64,000 nucleotides of DNA from Eledone cirrhosa (taxonomy: Eukaryota). The stretch covers positions 287,990,001 to 288,054,000 of the forward strand of contig OZ024741.1 of the NCBI GenBank assembly GCA_964016885.1, given 5' to 3'. The notes under the pieces were generated by a model, which saw nothing but the letters and a program-made list of their open reading frames with translations, was not told where the DNA came from and made no database searches. The translations under genes and the position numbers were made by a program. Positions 41,812 through 55,539 of the stretch are shown here, piece by piece. Position 1 is the stretch's first letter, and the number at the start of each line of letters is the position of its first letter.

Positions 41812-42575
41812 ATACTTTGGGAGGGTCATGTTGCCAATAAGAAACACACGCACCAGTTGCTTTCACTTCAATTTATTATAATAAATTTATAAATTTAGGA
41901 ATTTATAAATTTCCGGTTGGTTGGTTGGTTCCACAACCAGATGATTGTTTATATATTGTCAAAGTTCTTTCGTCACACATTCTGTGAACGGATAAATGAA
42001 CACTGGCGAGACCTTCAAGATAGTAAAGAATCATCTGTACTCTACCAACATGCTAAAATAGAACATAAGGGTAAATTAGAGAACATAGAAATAAAAATAG
42101 AATCTACACACAGAAAAGACGCAATGTTTAGACAAATCACAGAGGCAATAAACATAAATGAACTCCAACCAAAACATGAATGGAACAGCAACATCACAAC
42201 TTACAATTAAGGACAAAATGAAAACACACACGCACATAGAACAAACAACCAACCAGTAACATGTAAATAAACAAATATAAACACACACAGACACCCGGAT
42301 GTAACACATGCGCAAACTAAGCACACAACTCACACAAAAACAAGATGGCGTAGGACAGAACAAAGGAGAGGCACAAAAACAAAGAAAAGAATCCCCAGTC
42401 ACTGAAGTGGTCACAGAATGTGTGACGAAAGAACTTTGACAATATATAAACAATCATCTGGTTGTGGAACCAACCAACCAACCGGAAATTTATAAATTTA
42501 TTATAATAAATTGAAGTGAAAGCAACTGGTGCGTGTGTTTCTTATTGGCAACATGACCCTCCCAAAGTATAACAA
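41807..42575 (+). mobile_element. PLE remnant (GIY-YIG C-terminal half) between inverted pLTR arms
   Basis: ERINEH...SVLYQHAKIEH...RQITEAINI...P.HEWN; arms ~41807-41986 and ~42414-42575. Confidence 0.8.
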
Positions 42576-42661
42576 TATCGGTTTCAACACACGTTTTCAG
42601 ATAAAGAATCTTGCTAAAAAAATTCAGAAACGAAATATATATATATAAGCCGGGTACCTCA

Positions 42662-42726
<65 letters not shown>

Positions 42727-42729
<3 letters not shown>

Positions 42730-43492
42730 TGAGGTACCCGGCTTCGCCCGGGAGAACAGTGAAGAGAAGACGGATAAAAGAGAAAACGACTATATTGGAT
42801 GTGTTGTCTGGTACGAGGTGAGACCGTAATGTATGTGTGTGAGAGAGATACATGATGAAAAAAAAAAAACAATCATAAAACTTCCTTAATAGGCTGGGGG
42901 AGTATACTGCCAATTAATTGGTAGCTTTGGCCTTGGATTTTAAATGTTGTGAAATAACCATAGTCAGTATGATCTTTTTCAGCTCCAAAAGACGTCATCT
43001 GAAACGCAGCAATATATCGCATAACATTGCTTCTGAAGTGTTTGGCTTCGTTAGTACGGTCTGTAAGTAGTATATGGATAAAAGCTGGAGGGTAGATTAA
43101 TTTCAAATAGTATCAATTTTTCTTTGTTTTGTAAAATCAAAGACTGTAAAACGAATTTATAATATTGTTAAACCTTCCTATAGAATCTAGAAACAGCTTA
43201 AACAATAGATCCTTTGATCTATGGTATAGATCAAAGGATCTATGGTATAGATCAAAGGATCTATAGTTTAAGCCTTTTCTAGCCTTTCGTAGCGTGGGAC
43301 GTTACTCTCTCTGAATATCTAACATTTTGATTGTATCTTTCTCTGTATAACGGCTTATCCCTCTCTTTTTGCCTCTCTCCCTGTGTGTGTGTCTCTCTCT
43401 CTCTCTTTAGATGTGTGTGTGTGTGTGACGTTTTCGAGTGTTTCAACCAGCCAGCCAACCAATAAACATCTCTCTTTTATATTATATATAGA
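42727..43492 (-). mobile_element. Helitron deletion derivative with a Rep/Hel N-terminal fragment
   Basis: HFRSNVMRYIAAFQMTSFGA...FKIQGQSYQLIGSILP; 5' TCTATATATAATATAAAA; 3' hairpin CCCGGGCGAAGCCGGG followed by TCAG|T. Confidence 0.8.
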
Positions 43493-43646
43493 TATATCTC
43501 ATCATCGTTTAACGTCCATTTTCAACGCTAGCATGGGTAAGACGGGTCGTCCCATTAGAGGCAAGTTGGGTTAGGTGACCGTGTCTTGCTCATATATATT
43601 TCTACGGTTGGATGCCCTTCCTAACGCCATACACATTTATACACAT

Positions 43647-43704
<58 letters not shown>

Positions 43705-44592
43705 CCTGCTGTGCTGAGACCGAGGAGGTCACTAATCATGTGAGTGCTCGATACATGGGGTGATGTAGAGTGGGTATAGTAATATACGCTTGGCGCCGTG
43801 GTTGGGACTTGACGTATCTCTCTCTCTCTACATATATGTATATATATATATATGTTTATATATGTTTATATATTTTTGTACCATCATAATTTTGGGTATT
43901 GTACAATTTATATTTTTTTTCTCACCTGCTCTCTAACTCTATATGAATTGATTTGTTAACTTACATGCCATTATATATTATATAGTATAGTATTATATTA
44001 TTATTATAGTGTTATTGTGACATCTATATTGTTTGTGTAAATTAACCGGAGATTATCTATTATATTATATTATATATTATATAATTATATAGTTTATTAT
44101 ATATTATATGTGTTACTTTTAATCATTTCATTACTTCATGTTATACTGTATATTAGATATACGTATTATTTTTATTTTTATTCCTATTATGCTTATTTAT
44201 ATTTAAATTCTTCATAAGGTTTAATTTGTGCTGTTAATGGTGGAAATGTGTATTGATGTATATGTATATGTGCGTACGTGTGCGCATATATATACATATG
44301 TATATTGTGCCTTTTAATTTTAATTTTAATTTTAATATTGTTACAAGTATATTATATTATATTGTATTACATATAGTACTATAATTCCTGCTCTATATAA
44401 CCACCTTTGTTTAGCTCTAGTTTTTTGCTTTGGACTATATTTGTAATATGGTTCAAAATGTTATCCACCTCCTTAGTGATTTTTATTATATATTTTTACC
44501 CATAATCTTCCAATACTTTAGTGTATGTACACTCCATATTCTTCGGAGTTTTCGGCTTGTATTGGCCGATAGTGCTTCTTGTGGTTTTGATT

Positions 44593-44630
44593 GCCCTGAT
44601 GAGTCCTTAATAGGACGAAACATTGTTGGC
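44593..44630 (+). ncRNA. Canonical minimal type I hammerhead ribozyme at the end of an AT-rich pLTR-like segment
   Basis: GCC-CTGATGA-GTCCT-TAAT-AGGAC-GAAA-CATTG-TT-GGC. Confidence 0.75.
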
Positions 44631-44671
44631 TAATAAAGACTTTTGATGTATTGAAGGCTTCTTTGTTTTAT

Positions 44672-44782
<111 letters not shown>

Positions 44783-44990
44783 TATATATTATTTTGCCTT
44801 TCATCCTTACGGGGTCGACAAAATAAAGTACCAGTAATACACTGGGATAATTGCCGGCCTTGTGCCAAAAGTAGAAACAATTATTATTATTATTATTATT
44901 ACTTTCAAAGTAAAGGGTGTCATGAATGATACAAAATCAAACATATGTCTTGTCTCTCTCTATATATATCTTTCTTTATCCTCCCCTCTC

Positions 44991-45107
<117 letters not shown>

Positions 45108-45254
45108 GAGTATGTGTTGATTGTTTACCGACACATCAGTATCCAGGTTGGAGCACTCAACGAAGTGCGCAGGCTGGTCTGTTTACTCCGGTGTAATGTA
45201 AAAACAAGAAGTGTAAGTCAACAGGGTAAAATTAGTTTCGTTTATTCATATTTG

Positions 45255-45311
45255 CTGCTATATATATTTCAGTGATAGCCATTATTCAACAGCTATGACC
45301 TCATCAGGCAG
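45255..45311 (-). ncRNA. Type I hammerhead-like motif (relative at ~51500-51555 on -)
   Basis: CTGC-CTGATGA-GGTC-ATAGCTGTT.AATAATGGCTAT-CACT-GAAA-TATATAT-A-GCAG. Confidence 0.65.
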
Positions 45312-46132
45312 TAAGAACTTGAACGGGAAAAAAAAACAGGAAAACATAATGTTGTAATAGATTTTACCTTGTTAATCCATTGATATGCTTAGATCCAGAG
45401 TGTGGTGTTAGTCCTCTAAGGAACTGAAAGCATATGATTTAGAATGAACGAATTTCAGCGTCCGAAGGACATGCCCTCACACCATTGGTCAGATATCACA
45501 TCACTTCCCCAGTCGAAAGTCTATTGAAATTCTTCGGTCAATTCTCCTAGAAACCGGTCAGCCTGTTAGAATTGCTTTTAACTGCATATATATATTCTGG
45601 TTCAGTTGACCTACTTCACGGTCGTGGTAGTGGTGTGAGCAGGTCAGTTAGCTGGTCTATTACAATCCCCCTGTTGTGGTGGTATTCAGGTTGTCAAGGA
45701 AGAATTGATGGAGGTAAACTGATATGGGTTCCTCTGGCGGTGTTAGTGCTTCTCCATATCGCTAGCTCTTATAGTGGGAGATGCTGTAAATGTGTGTTAA
45801 AACAAATACGTGTTAAAATCTAGAGGTGTTAAGAATTGTAATCTGTATTCTAAACATTCAGTACACAACCACAAACGTCGTCGACGTACCCCCATGCGTG
45901 CACACATGTATAAAAATAAACATAAGTGCACTCACAATATCTACATCCACACATTCACACACATCCGTACACATATATACACGCACACACATAAGTACAT
46001 ACACGCACATATGTGGATACGCAATCCACGAACACAAACTCATATGTCCTCTCTGGGAGTGGGGAGAGAAGTAATAGGTGTGTGTTATTTACTTGTAATA
46101 GTTTGCATGCGAAAGGGGTCAGGTTTGAGGTA

Positions 46133-46192
<60 letters not shown>

Positions 46193-46194
<2 letters not shown>

Positions 46195-48916
46195 AATAAG
46201 GAGTTAACGGACCCACCATATTTATCAATGCCAGGACCGGTTGTATTTCAGCGTACTCAATAGGTAATGTAGAATACATTCCCAGAGTATACACATAGTT
46301 ATTCACTTCAATACAACACACGTAAACGGGTGCCTATAGTAGTTCTCGGACTCGGGTTTCGGCCATACTTAATGCAGCAGTAGAGTGCACTGCACCCTCT
46401 GTCTGTATATATTATGCAACAATGCATAATAGGCGCATGTGGCTTCATCAGCGGGTATCACCTAATCAATAACCAATCGATCGACAGAATTCAACTCCAG
46501 TCCATACCGGCTATGACTGTTTGTAACGGCCGACACAGTTAAGTGATTAGCAACTGGAATCTGATACAATTCCATCCCCCGATTTACAAATGTACGTGGT
46601 GGCAGGAGATTAGAAAACAAATATTTCCGCTCCCGCCAAAAGCATTCAGCCAACGTGTCTCAAAGACAAATTAATAAGATAGTGAAAAGTTGGTTATTAG
46701 AAAAAGCAGTCCCACATCGTTGTATAGTAGAATGGTAGCATTCGGCTCCAGTCTCCAAGTCCCATGGGGATAGTAACAGTGGTAGTACCTAGAACCTTTA
46801 TCGGACATTAAATGTCAGCATCTACTATCTCTTCTCTATATATATAAAACGGAAGATGTCTGTCTGTGTGTGTGTATGATTTTTATGTATTTCCACATTT
46901 CTCTACCGATTTTGATGATTTATTTTCCAATGTGATCCAAATTTACCAACGATCGTCAACGCGTAATAAACTTTGCCAAACATTTTCTGCTTCTATGGAA
47001 AAAAATCGATAAAACTAAATACATGCCGTAACCCTCTCTCTTACACTCTTATTCACTCTCTCTACTACCCAACAGCGACAAAACTTCGTTCAGGAACGCG
47101 ACATAAACTTTGAAAAGTAAGCAACACATCATTTTATACAACAACAAACATAGTCATAACGCTCTCTCCGTCGCTCTCCCCTCTCTCTATAATAGATCAT
47201 TCCCCCTCTCTATAATTTAACTGCTTTACTCTCTTCACGCTTTGAGATTTAACACACCTCCCTATAGTTTCTTAGCTTTACTCTCTCCGTCGCTCTTCCT
47301 TCTCTCTATAATAGATTATTCCCCCTCTCTATAATTTAACTGCTTTACTCTCTCTGTCGCTCTTCACTCTCTATATGACAACACTGGTTTACACACCTCC
47401 CTATAGTTTCTTAGCTTTACTCTCTCCATCGCTCTTCCCTCTCTCTATAATAGATTATTCCCCTCTATATAATTTAACTGCTGGGGGAGTCATTGGAGTT
47501 CATACGGCTTTTCTGGGGTATTTTAAATCGGCTTATTGCAAATAACAACCCTCAAAATAGCACCTCATATAACAGATTAATGCTATAGACATATGAATCG
47601 GAATGTTTAAATTATTTATTTTTTACGACTTTCATTGGTTAAATATTAATATGACAACACCCATAGTGTTGTACTTCTGGCAATTCTGCCGAATACACTG
47701 CCAAGGATGAACCTTTTCCCCTCGGCGTCAGATATCCCGTTCGATGTCTGGCGATCCCAATTCCCGGTGAGACCATGTTTTGCCATGTCCATTAACAAGT
47801 CACAAGGGCAACAACATTGTCGGTGGCGGGCACCCATTTAGGGGAGCCATGCTTCTCCCATGGCCAACTTTATGTTGCCTGTTCTCGCGTAGGGAGCAGG
47901 AATGGACCTTTTGCTTACACTCCTCAAGGGATGACACGCAATATCGTCTACAAAGAGGTGCTATAGATGTTGGTGCAGGTGTTGCAGCTATGCCGTCTGG
48001 AAAACCAGTTCCTGGTAGGGTCACCCATGGCGGACAGATCTGACACCCAGCGGCATCAGGGCCACCATCTTGCAACTTTGGTCTGCTAAATTCGCTATTG
48101 GAAAATTATTAACCCATCATTGATTGTCCAAAATGCTAATTGGTTCGTAACTTTTAATAACCGGTTCAACTGCTTTATGCACTTAATTGATAAGCTTATT
48201 CGCTTTCAAGCCACGTTTACCTGTATGTAACTTTTCATAGCAAATGAACACCGAGTAACGCCGAGCTAAACTGCTAGTACAGCTATATAGAATAGCGTGC
48301 TGGTTAGCTACAGCCACGTGTGTAAACCAGTCTATTTCACAACTTAAACGATTCAATAAGTGAGTGAGAAAGAAAATTAGTAGCAGGAATTAGAGCGCAT
48401 ATCAAAACAAAACACAATAAAAATGTGAAATTGTTTAACTTACTCTCATTAGTCTGCTAGTTGGGAGATAATAATTGTTTCTACTTTAGGCACAAGGCCA
48501 GCAATTACCCAGTGCATTACTGGTACTTTATTTTATCGACCCCGTAAGGATGTAAGGCAAAGTCAACCTCGGCGGGATTTGAACTCAGATCGTAAAGGGA
48601 CGTAACTATGCTGGAAAGCATGGCGTCCGACCCTCTACCGATACTGCCAATCCACCGATAATAATGAGTTGACGGACCCAGCATATTTATCAATGCCAGG
48701 ACCGGTTGTATTTCAGCGTACTCAATAGGTAATGTAGAATACATTCCCAGAGTATATACATAGTTATTCGCTTCAATACAACACACGTAAACGGTTTGCC
48801 CATAGTAGTTCCCCGACTCGAGTTTCGGCCACACTTAATGCAGCAATAGGGTGTACTGTACCCTCTGTCTGTATATATTATGCAGCAATGAATAATCGGC
48901 GCATGTGGCTTCATCA

Positions 48917-48918
<2 letters not shown>
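46193..48918 (-). mobile_element. Non-coding element with ~260-bp direct terminal repeats, each containing a hammerhead; later invaded by a Helitron and a SINE
   Basis: 46193-46452 matches 48658-48918; minus strand CTGATGA-AGCCACA...TGTGGCC-GAAA-CTCGAG-TC; (TA)n on both sides. Confidence 0.75.
46821..48277 (+). mobile_element. Helitron deletion derivative with a Pif1 helicase C-terminal fragment
   Basis: A|TC 5' end and CTAG|T 3' end; QFPVRPCFAMSINKSQGQ and HGQLYVACSRV; internal repeats shared with the element at 62379. Confidence 0.85.
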
Positions 48919-48980
<62 letters not shown>

Positions 48981-48989
48981 TTTAGGAAT

Positions 48990-50300
48990 AACCAAAGAGT
49001 GCTTAGAAATACATTGTTTTATTTGCTAACAGTGTTTCATCCATACCCGAGGGCAGGAATCATCGGACCTTATAAACAAAAATATATCAAAGGTTTCGGG
49101 CTCCATCGAACTCAGTCACCAGAACAAGGATAAAGGACAAGTAGGGGGGTCCCGAGGCCAGCGCTGTATAGAATAACACATAATACATGATCCATATAAT
49201 GTCATAAAAAATTACATCAGAAGTTTATCACATAAATAGTGCAATCGATCTTAAGGAGGTTGAGAGAGGAGAGCAAGAAATGAATGAGGGTGTTATTCAG
49301 CATGATCAAAAAACAAAACAAAGCATAGACACATCAATTCACAAGTAGTGCAAACACAGGATTTACAGGCAGAGTATGAAATCTTGTAAGCAGGAGTCAG
49401 TAAAAAGAAAAGTTGGTTAGCTGTAGTACAGTTTCACAGGCAGGATTGTTTATAGGAAAGATGGTACACTCCAGTGGTATCGCCTTGTAACAGGTCGATT
49501 TCTCCGTATCAGACCACCACCCTCCATCCATTGGTTCCGGTTCCAAGCGTTAGGCGATTTAATATTAGGTTTCCAAACACACGCATAGAGGATTTCTCCA
49601 CAGAGGCAGTCTGCAATAAACACCTTAAATCTAAAATAAAGTACAATGAAGTGAAGTAAAGTAGAGTACATGCACTGCTGGCACTCAATGAAGAAAGTGA
49701 AGATAAAACAGGTCCGCAATATCTGCTATCTCTTAAAGTCTTCACGTTCGGTCACGCAACTCCACATCCCACGTGAAATACACTGTATGGCAGAGTCGGC
49801 GTCGAACTAAAGTGCCATACCATATGTAAATATACTACAGTAAATGCTATTCGTAATGGCTAGTCAGTCGCGTAGACAGAAAGCGTATACAGAAAACTCC
49901 GCTTATGGAATTACCTAGGGCAGAGTGAAGAAAAAGCAGTGATATACGCTTTCTGTCTACGCGACTGAAAAACCGTGCACTTATGGGTTCCACCACCCTC
50001 GCCAGAAAAATATGGGAATTAAAGGACAGCAATACTAACTACAGTATCAACTGGTCGAAGTTGTCGGCTGCTAAAACCTATAGTACAGGGATGTCCTATT
50101 GCGGGCTATGTGATCTTGAGCTATTGTATATCCTTAGAAATGTTAAAAGGCTACTTAACAATAAGTTAGAAAGATCTATCTTCTGCAGACATAGAATAGC
50201 CACTAAATTCATAAGATTCAAACCTCCGTGAATCGAACCAACATAACATAGCTTTAAATTAGGATACCTACTACCCACAGAAATATATTCATTAAGTATA
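48990..50300. mobile_element. Rearranged PLE fragments (endonuclease C-terminus on +, inverted pLTR on -)
   Basis: TTLARKIWELKD..NYSINWS...Y...CGLCDLE...LLNNKLE...CRH, the same type as 21300-21538; junction hairpin at 49863-49968. Confidence 0.7.
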
Positions 50301-51391
50301 CTATATCCTTCACAAGTCTATACCACACAATTGTCTGTAAGTACCTCATCTACCAACAATCTTACTCCTTCTCAGCTGCTGCCATCATTTGATCCTAAAT
50401 CCTAGTTTTTCTCATTTTACTACTACAATGTTACTTTACCTTCTTTTTGCCATAATTACAATTAGCACGCTTTTCTCTTTGCATGTATGTATATTTTTGT
50501 ACGAGTGTATATTGATGTGTATGTATGTGTCTATGTACACATGCATGTGTATATATGTGTATTTATATATATATATATGTGTGTGTGTGTGTGCGTAAAT
50601 ATATGCGTATATTAATTCGTTAACCTCTGTATTAACTCTACAACTATTGAGCTTTGACAGTGGTCCCACTCATGTATACTGTTGAAGATGAAGAGAAAGA
50701 CTGTAAAAACTAGCTTATCTTTATAATTTAAAATTGATATACGATACTTTTTGCCTTATGACAGCTAGTTTTACACGCCGTAACATTAGATACATTATAT
50801 ACCCCCCCCCCCCACCTAAGTAATGTCAGGGTCTCCTTAAATAATTTATTGATAGCATTGTTGTAATTGTTGTTATTGTTCTAATTGAATGCCATTACTA
50901 CTTCATATAGTAGCATGTATTTTCTTTTCTTTTCTTGCCTGTGTATTTTCTTCATTCTCGCATGCTCCGAAGATCTGACTGGTTATAATTCTGTATTGGC
51001 GATCGAGTAACGCAAAATTAGGCGGATAGCGATCTCTAGACATACCAGTTCAGTGAAACAAATGTAAGCTATGTGATTAAAAACTTTTTTGTATAGCAAA
51101 CCATGTAAACCTTCTTTCCTGATTTAAACCTCTTCAAATGAAGTCGGTGTTATAACGGTATGTCGAATCTATTTATCTATAAAACTGTTTATATTGTATT
51201 TTGTCTGATGAAGGCATAGCATATTGTTAATATGATATCCCCGAAATATATATAATGAAATAAATATGGTTTTATAAATATAGTTTTCCATTTATTTAAT
51301 ATTGTAAATATACTCCAAATATTTGTCGAGTGCTTTTATATCAGTTATAAATATTTACTAGTTGTAACCCAACAATTTTAAATATAACTTT

Positions 51392-51458
<67 letters not shown>

Positions 51459-51757
51459 CGAAACATAAGTCAATTGCATGAACTCATAATCCTTTATTTA
51501 CTGCTATATATATTTTGATGATAGCCATTGAGTGGCTATGACCTCATCAGGCAGTTAGTCAGTTCTTAGATATGCCAGCTCTGTTTATGGTGTTGATTGT
51601 ATCAGAGCCTTGGGACATATGAGCTTGTTAGGAATAATTTAATGTTGTCAGCAGGAATAATTTTAATTCTCATTGGTCAGTTTGTAGATGCTAGTAGGGT
51701 TGGTATTTGACCTCAAAGAGGCAGGTGGTGTTGTAAAGTTCAAACCATAAGGCAAGA

Positions 51758-51815
<58 letters not shown>

Positions 51816-52064
51816 TAGAAAAGAGAATCAGTGTTGCGACGAAAGGAATTTATTGGACATATTACAATTGTTTCTCGGGCGACCAGATCGAGGCACGATC
51901 GATATGGTGATCAAACATGACTCTGAAATCGCGCGGTCCTCGGATACATCTCGATTCAACGAAGCAGATTTTCCTATTCCAACATTGATTCTCTTTTCTG
52001 TGATATCATGCTTTGCTCTACGAGAGCATCGAGTGCTCATACGGCCTACCGCATACGGACGCTT

Positions 52065-52154
<90 letters not shown>

Positions 52155-52219
52155 GAGAGAGATTGCACAAGTCTATTTCGGGTCTATAATACGTGTCTAA
52201 CTTCTTCTTCTTCTTCGTG

Positions 52220-52585
52220 CTGGTGATGATGGTAGCGGTCGTGGTGGCGACGCTTGTGGTAGTGGTGGTGATAATGATGGTAATATTAGCAGTAACGGTA
52301 ATGATGATGGTTGTGGTAATGGTGATGACGCCAATGATTATGGTAATGATGATGATGATAGTGGCGGTGGTGGTGACGTCAATGATGATGAGGTTAATGA
52401 TGGTGGTGGGGATAGTAGTGATGATGATGATGATGGCGACGAATGACGCTGATGGTAATAACTAGTATGGATAATAGCAGTTGAAGTGGTAATTAGGATG
52501 ATGATGTTGGTGGGGGACAGATGGTGATAATGATGATGACGATGATGGCAATAACAGTGATGGTAGTGGTGGTGGTGAAGATAGT
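52220..52585. repeat. Degenerate (GAT/GGT)n trinucleotide low-complexity tract
   Basis: Direct inspection. Confidence 0.85.
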
Positions 52586-52939
52586 AATTGTTTCTACGTT
52601 TGGCACAAGGCCAGCAATTACCAGTGCATTACTGGTACTTTATTTTATCGACCCCGTAAGGATGAAAGGCAAAGTTAACCTCAGCGGGATTTGAACTCAG
52701 AATGCCAAGGGCCGTAACTCTATGCGTCAAAGCATGGCGTCCGACCCTCTACCGATTTGAAGAGGGCGGTTGTAGTAGTGATGATGGCGGTGTTAGTGTT
52801 GACGACGATGCTACTGTTGGTGGTGGTGAGGCGATGATTAAAACTTAATAGCGTAGTAAACATGACCTAGTTTATTTGTGTTGCATAAGGAAAATGTGCA
52901 TATTTTAAACGCTGTGTTGTTATTGTTTACAAAATATTT

Positions 52940-53120
52940 GACCAATCAGAATTAACCACTAACAGGTGCTATCCAATAGGACACATGCAGTTTTCTCTCA
53001 GTCCCCGCCTTTTTTTCTATCTATGAAAAAAAAACAACATAATAATAATAAAGAAATCTATCTACATACATACCTATCTATCGTTCTATCTGCTGTTACT
53101 TGCCAATTGATATAAAACGC
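52940..53120 (+). promoter_or_regulatory. Candidate promoter of MIOX copy B
   Basis: CCAAT boxes at ~52942, ~52973 and ~53103, GC-box-like CCCCGCC at ~53004, TATAAAA at 53111-53117, about 135 bp upstream of the ATG. Confidence 0.55.
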
Positions 53121-53247
53121 CTGGTGGAATTATTTACACTTCTCAATTTACTCCAAAGCAAATAACTGCACCACACTTCGTGAAAACAACAACAGCAATA
53201 AACCCAAGAACGATAATACGAACAACATTAATAACCAAATAATCAAA

Positions 53248-54117
53248 ATGACAACTGCAGTAGATAGTAACATTATTATGGCTCCGTATATAAATGAGCA
53301 GATAGTCTTTGACCTCGACACCACCAAAGAGAAAAACTGCTTCAGGAACTTCGAAAAGTGTGATCCAACAAGCCAGGTATATAACACCTACAAAAAAATG
53401 CACACTTTACAAACAGTAGACTTTGTGAAAGAAGCCCATCGCCGATGGACCAAGTTCGACCACGCTGAAATGTCTATGATGGAAGCTTTGGAAATGTTAA
53501 ACAATTTGGTGGATGAATCCGACCCAGATGTTGATCTCAGCAACTCTTTCCATGCTTTTCAAACGGCAGAAGGAATACGTAAAAAATACCCTGATGATGA
53601 CTGGTTTCAACTGACAGGGCTCATACATGACCTGGGTAAAGTTATGGCACTGTGGGGTGAACCACAATGGTCGGTGGTTGGAGATACATACCCCGTAGGT
53701 TGTAAACCAGCACCTTCAGTTGTTTATGCCGACAGCACGTTCAACGACAACCCTGACTCTATGAACCCAAAATATAAAAGTAAATTGGGTATTTACGAAG
53801 AACACTGTGGTCTGAATAAAGTGCTCATGTCGTGGGGTCATGATGAATACTTGTACCAAGTACTGAAACACAACACCTGTTACCTACCCGAGGAAGCATT
53901 GAGTGTCATCAGATATCATTCTTTCTATCCGTGGCATACCAGTAATGATTATGGTTACCTCTGTGACAATAAAGATCAAGAGATGTTGAAGTGGGTACAC
54001 AATTTCAACCCTTTTGATTTATACACAAAATCTCCTGTCATTCCAGACGTTAATGAAATCCGACCTTATTATGAACAATTGATTGAGAAATACATCCCAG
54101 GTAAACTAAAATGGTAA
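53248..54117 (+). CDS. MIOX: Myo-inositol oxygenase, copy B (289 aa, intronless)
   Basis: Same MIOX motifs; near-identical to copy A from EKNCFRNF to the stop codon. Confidence 0.95.
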   Translation: MTTAVDSNIIMAPYINEQIVFDLDTTKEKNCFRNFEKCDPTSQVYNTYKKMHTLQTVDFVKEAHRRWTKFDHAEMSMMEALEMLNNLVDESDPDVDLSNSFHAFQTAEGIRKKYPDDDWFQLTGLIHDLGKVMALWGEPQWSVVGDTYPVGCKPAPSVVYADSTFNDNPDSMNPKYKSKLGIYEEHCGLNKVLMSWGHDEYLYQVLKHNTCYLPEEALSVIRYHSFYPWHTSNDYGYLCDNKDQEMLKWVHNFNPFDLYTKSPVIPDVNEIRPYYEQLIEKYIPGKLKW

Positions 54118-55539
54118 ATAGATATTTTGAAATAATCACGGGTGAAATCGTTTGAAAATTTCCGAAAATACATTTAAAATGTATTCCTTCATGTTAGCAA
54201 ATGAAAAAGAAATAAGAACAATACCTGGTGACAATAAATATCAGTCGGAGGGAAATACTGAAAAAAGATGTTTTGTACACAGAAAATAACGAAAAATTGA
54301 AAATAGAAATGTATATAAACGAAAACAAAAAATGCAGATAAAGAGAAGGAAATCGGTAAAAGAAGAAAAAAATTTTTTTAACTTCGCTGAGAATTTAAAC
54401 CAAATAATGTCGATGACCCCGCAACTAAAGTACATTTTGTGTTATGTAAGATACATTACAGTGCCATGAAAAAAAAAAGAAAAAGAAAAATACCCCCCCA
54501 CCCCAAGTGATACGAGGATGGTGGTGGCGGCGACGTTGGCTCTGTGATGAAAGCTGCGAGCTGATGGTGGTGGTGGTGATGATAGTTGTGTGCTGATGGT
54601 GGTGGTGGCGGCGAAGGCCGTGTTCCTTGTGTAATTATTTGGTGACAAATTTTCATTATTATATTATTCTCATGTAATGAGTGAAGATTATATATATTGA
54701 TCCTCATCCGCACTCTTTCTCTCGGTGTTTACATTTACGCGTGTGATTTTGTCTACCAAATTCTTTCGTACTCTTCGCTTTCCTTTCCACATGTGAGTTA
54801 GCTTGTGCTTGAATGTACATTATATATAGATGGTCGGTGGATTGGCAGTATCGGTAGAGGGTCTGACGCTATGCTTTGCAGCAAAGAGTTACGGCCCTTT
54901 ATGGTCTGAGTTCAAATCCCGTCGGGGTTAACTTTGCCTTTCATCCTTACGGGGTCGATAAAATAAAGTACCAGTAATACATTGGAATAATTGCTGGCCT
55001 TGTGCCAAATGTAGAAACAATTATATATGTATGTATGTGTGTGTGTGTATGTATACGCGTTTGTATGCAGTTTAAACTGCTTAATGTGATCAATTTCGGA
55101 TGAAGCCTACTCTGAGACAATGACCGACAGATAACAGTAAGCAGAGATATGTCATATCTGAACTTTTGCTTCTTATAAACGAACCATTTTTAATACGTGT
55201 TAAATAAAGGGATTCACTAATTTTGATAATAACCGTTTCATAACATTATTCGTGAGTATAATAAACGACTTTTGTTGTTGTGTGTGTATATTATATATAT
55301 ATGGTAAATTTATAGAAGAAAAGGACCTGCTGGGGTTCGCTAAGAATTTTTCATGTGTTTTTAACTAATCTGACCTCCGACATGCTCGCAATCGACTTTC
55401 TCTCTCCCGGAAACGGATTTGGGGTTAGAGTCGGGCGAAGGGTGATCCTCAGATTTTTGCAGCCACAGAGTTTTTGGCACTACAACGCTATTAGCTGTCA
55501 GTCGAAGCAGGCGAAGGTGACGTCATTCGTCAAACATTT

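Noticed and set aside
52193-52465. Hydrophobic Met/Val-rich membrane protein ORF
   Set aside because: Translation of a degenerate (GAT/GGT)n repeat.
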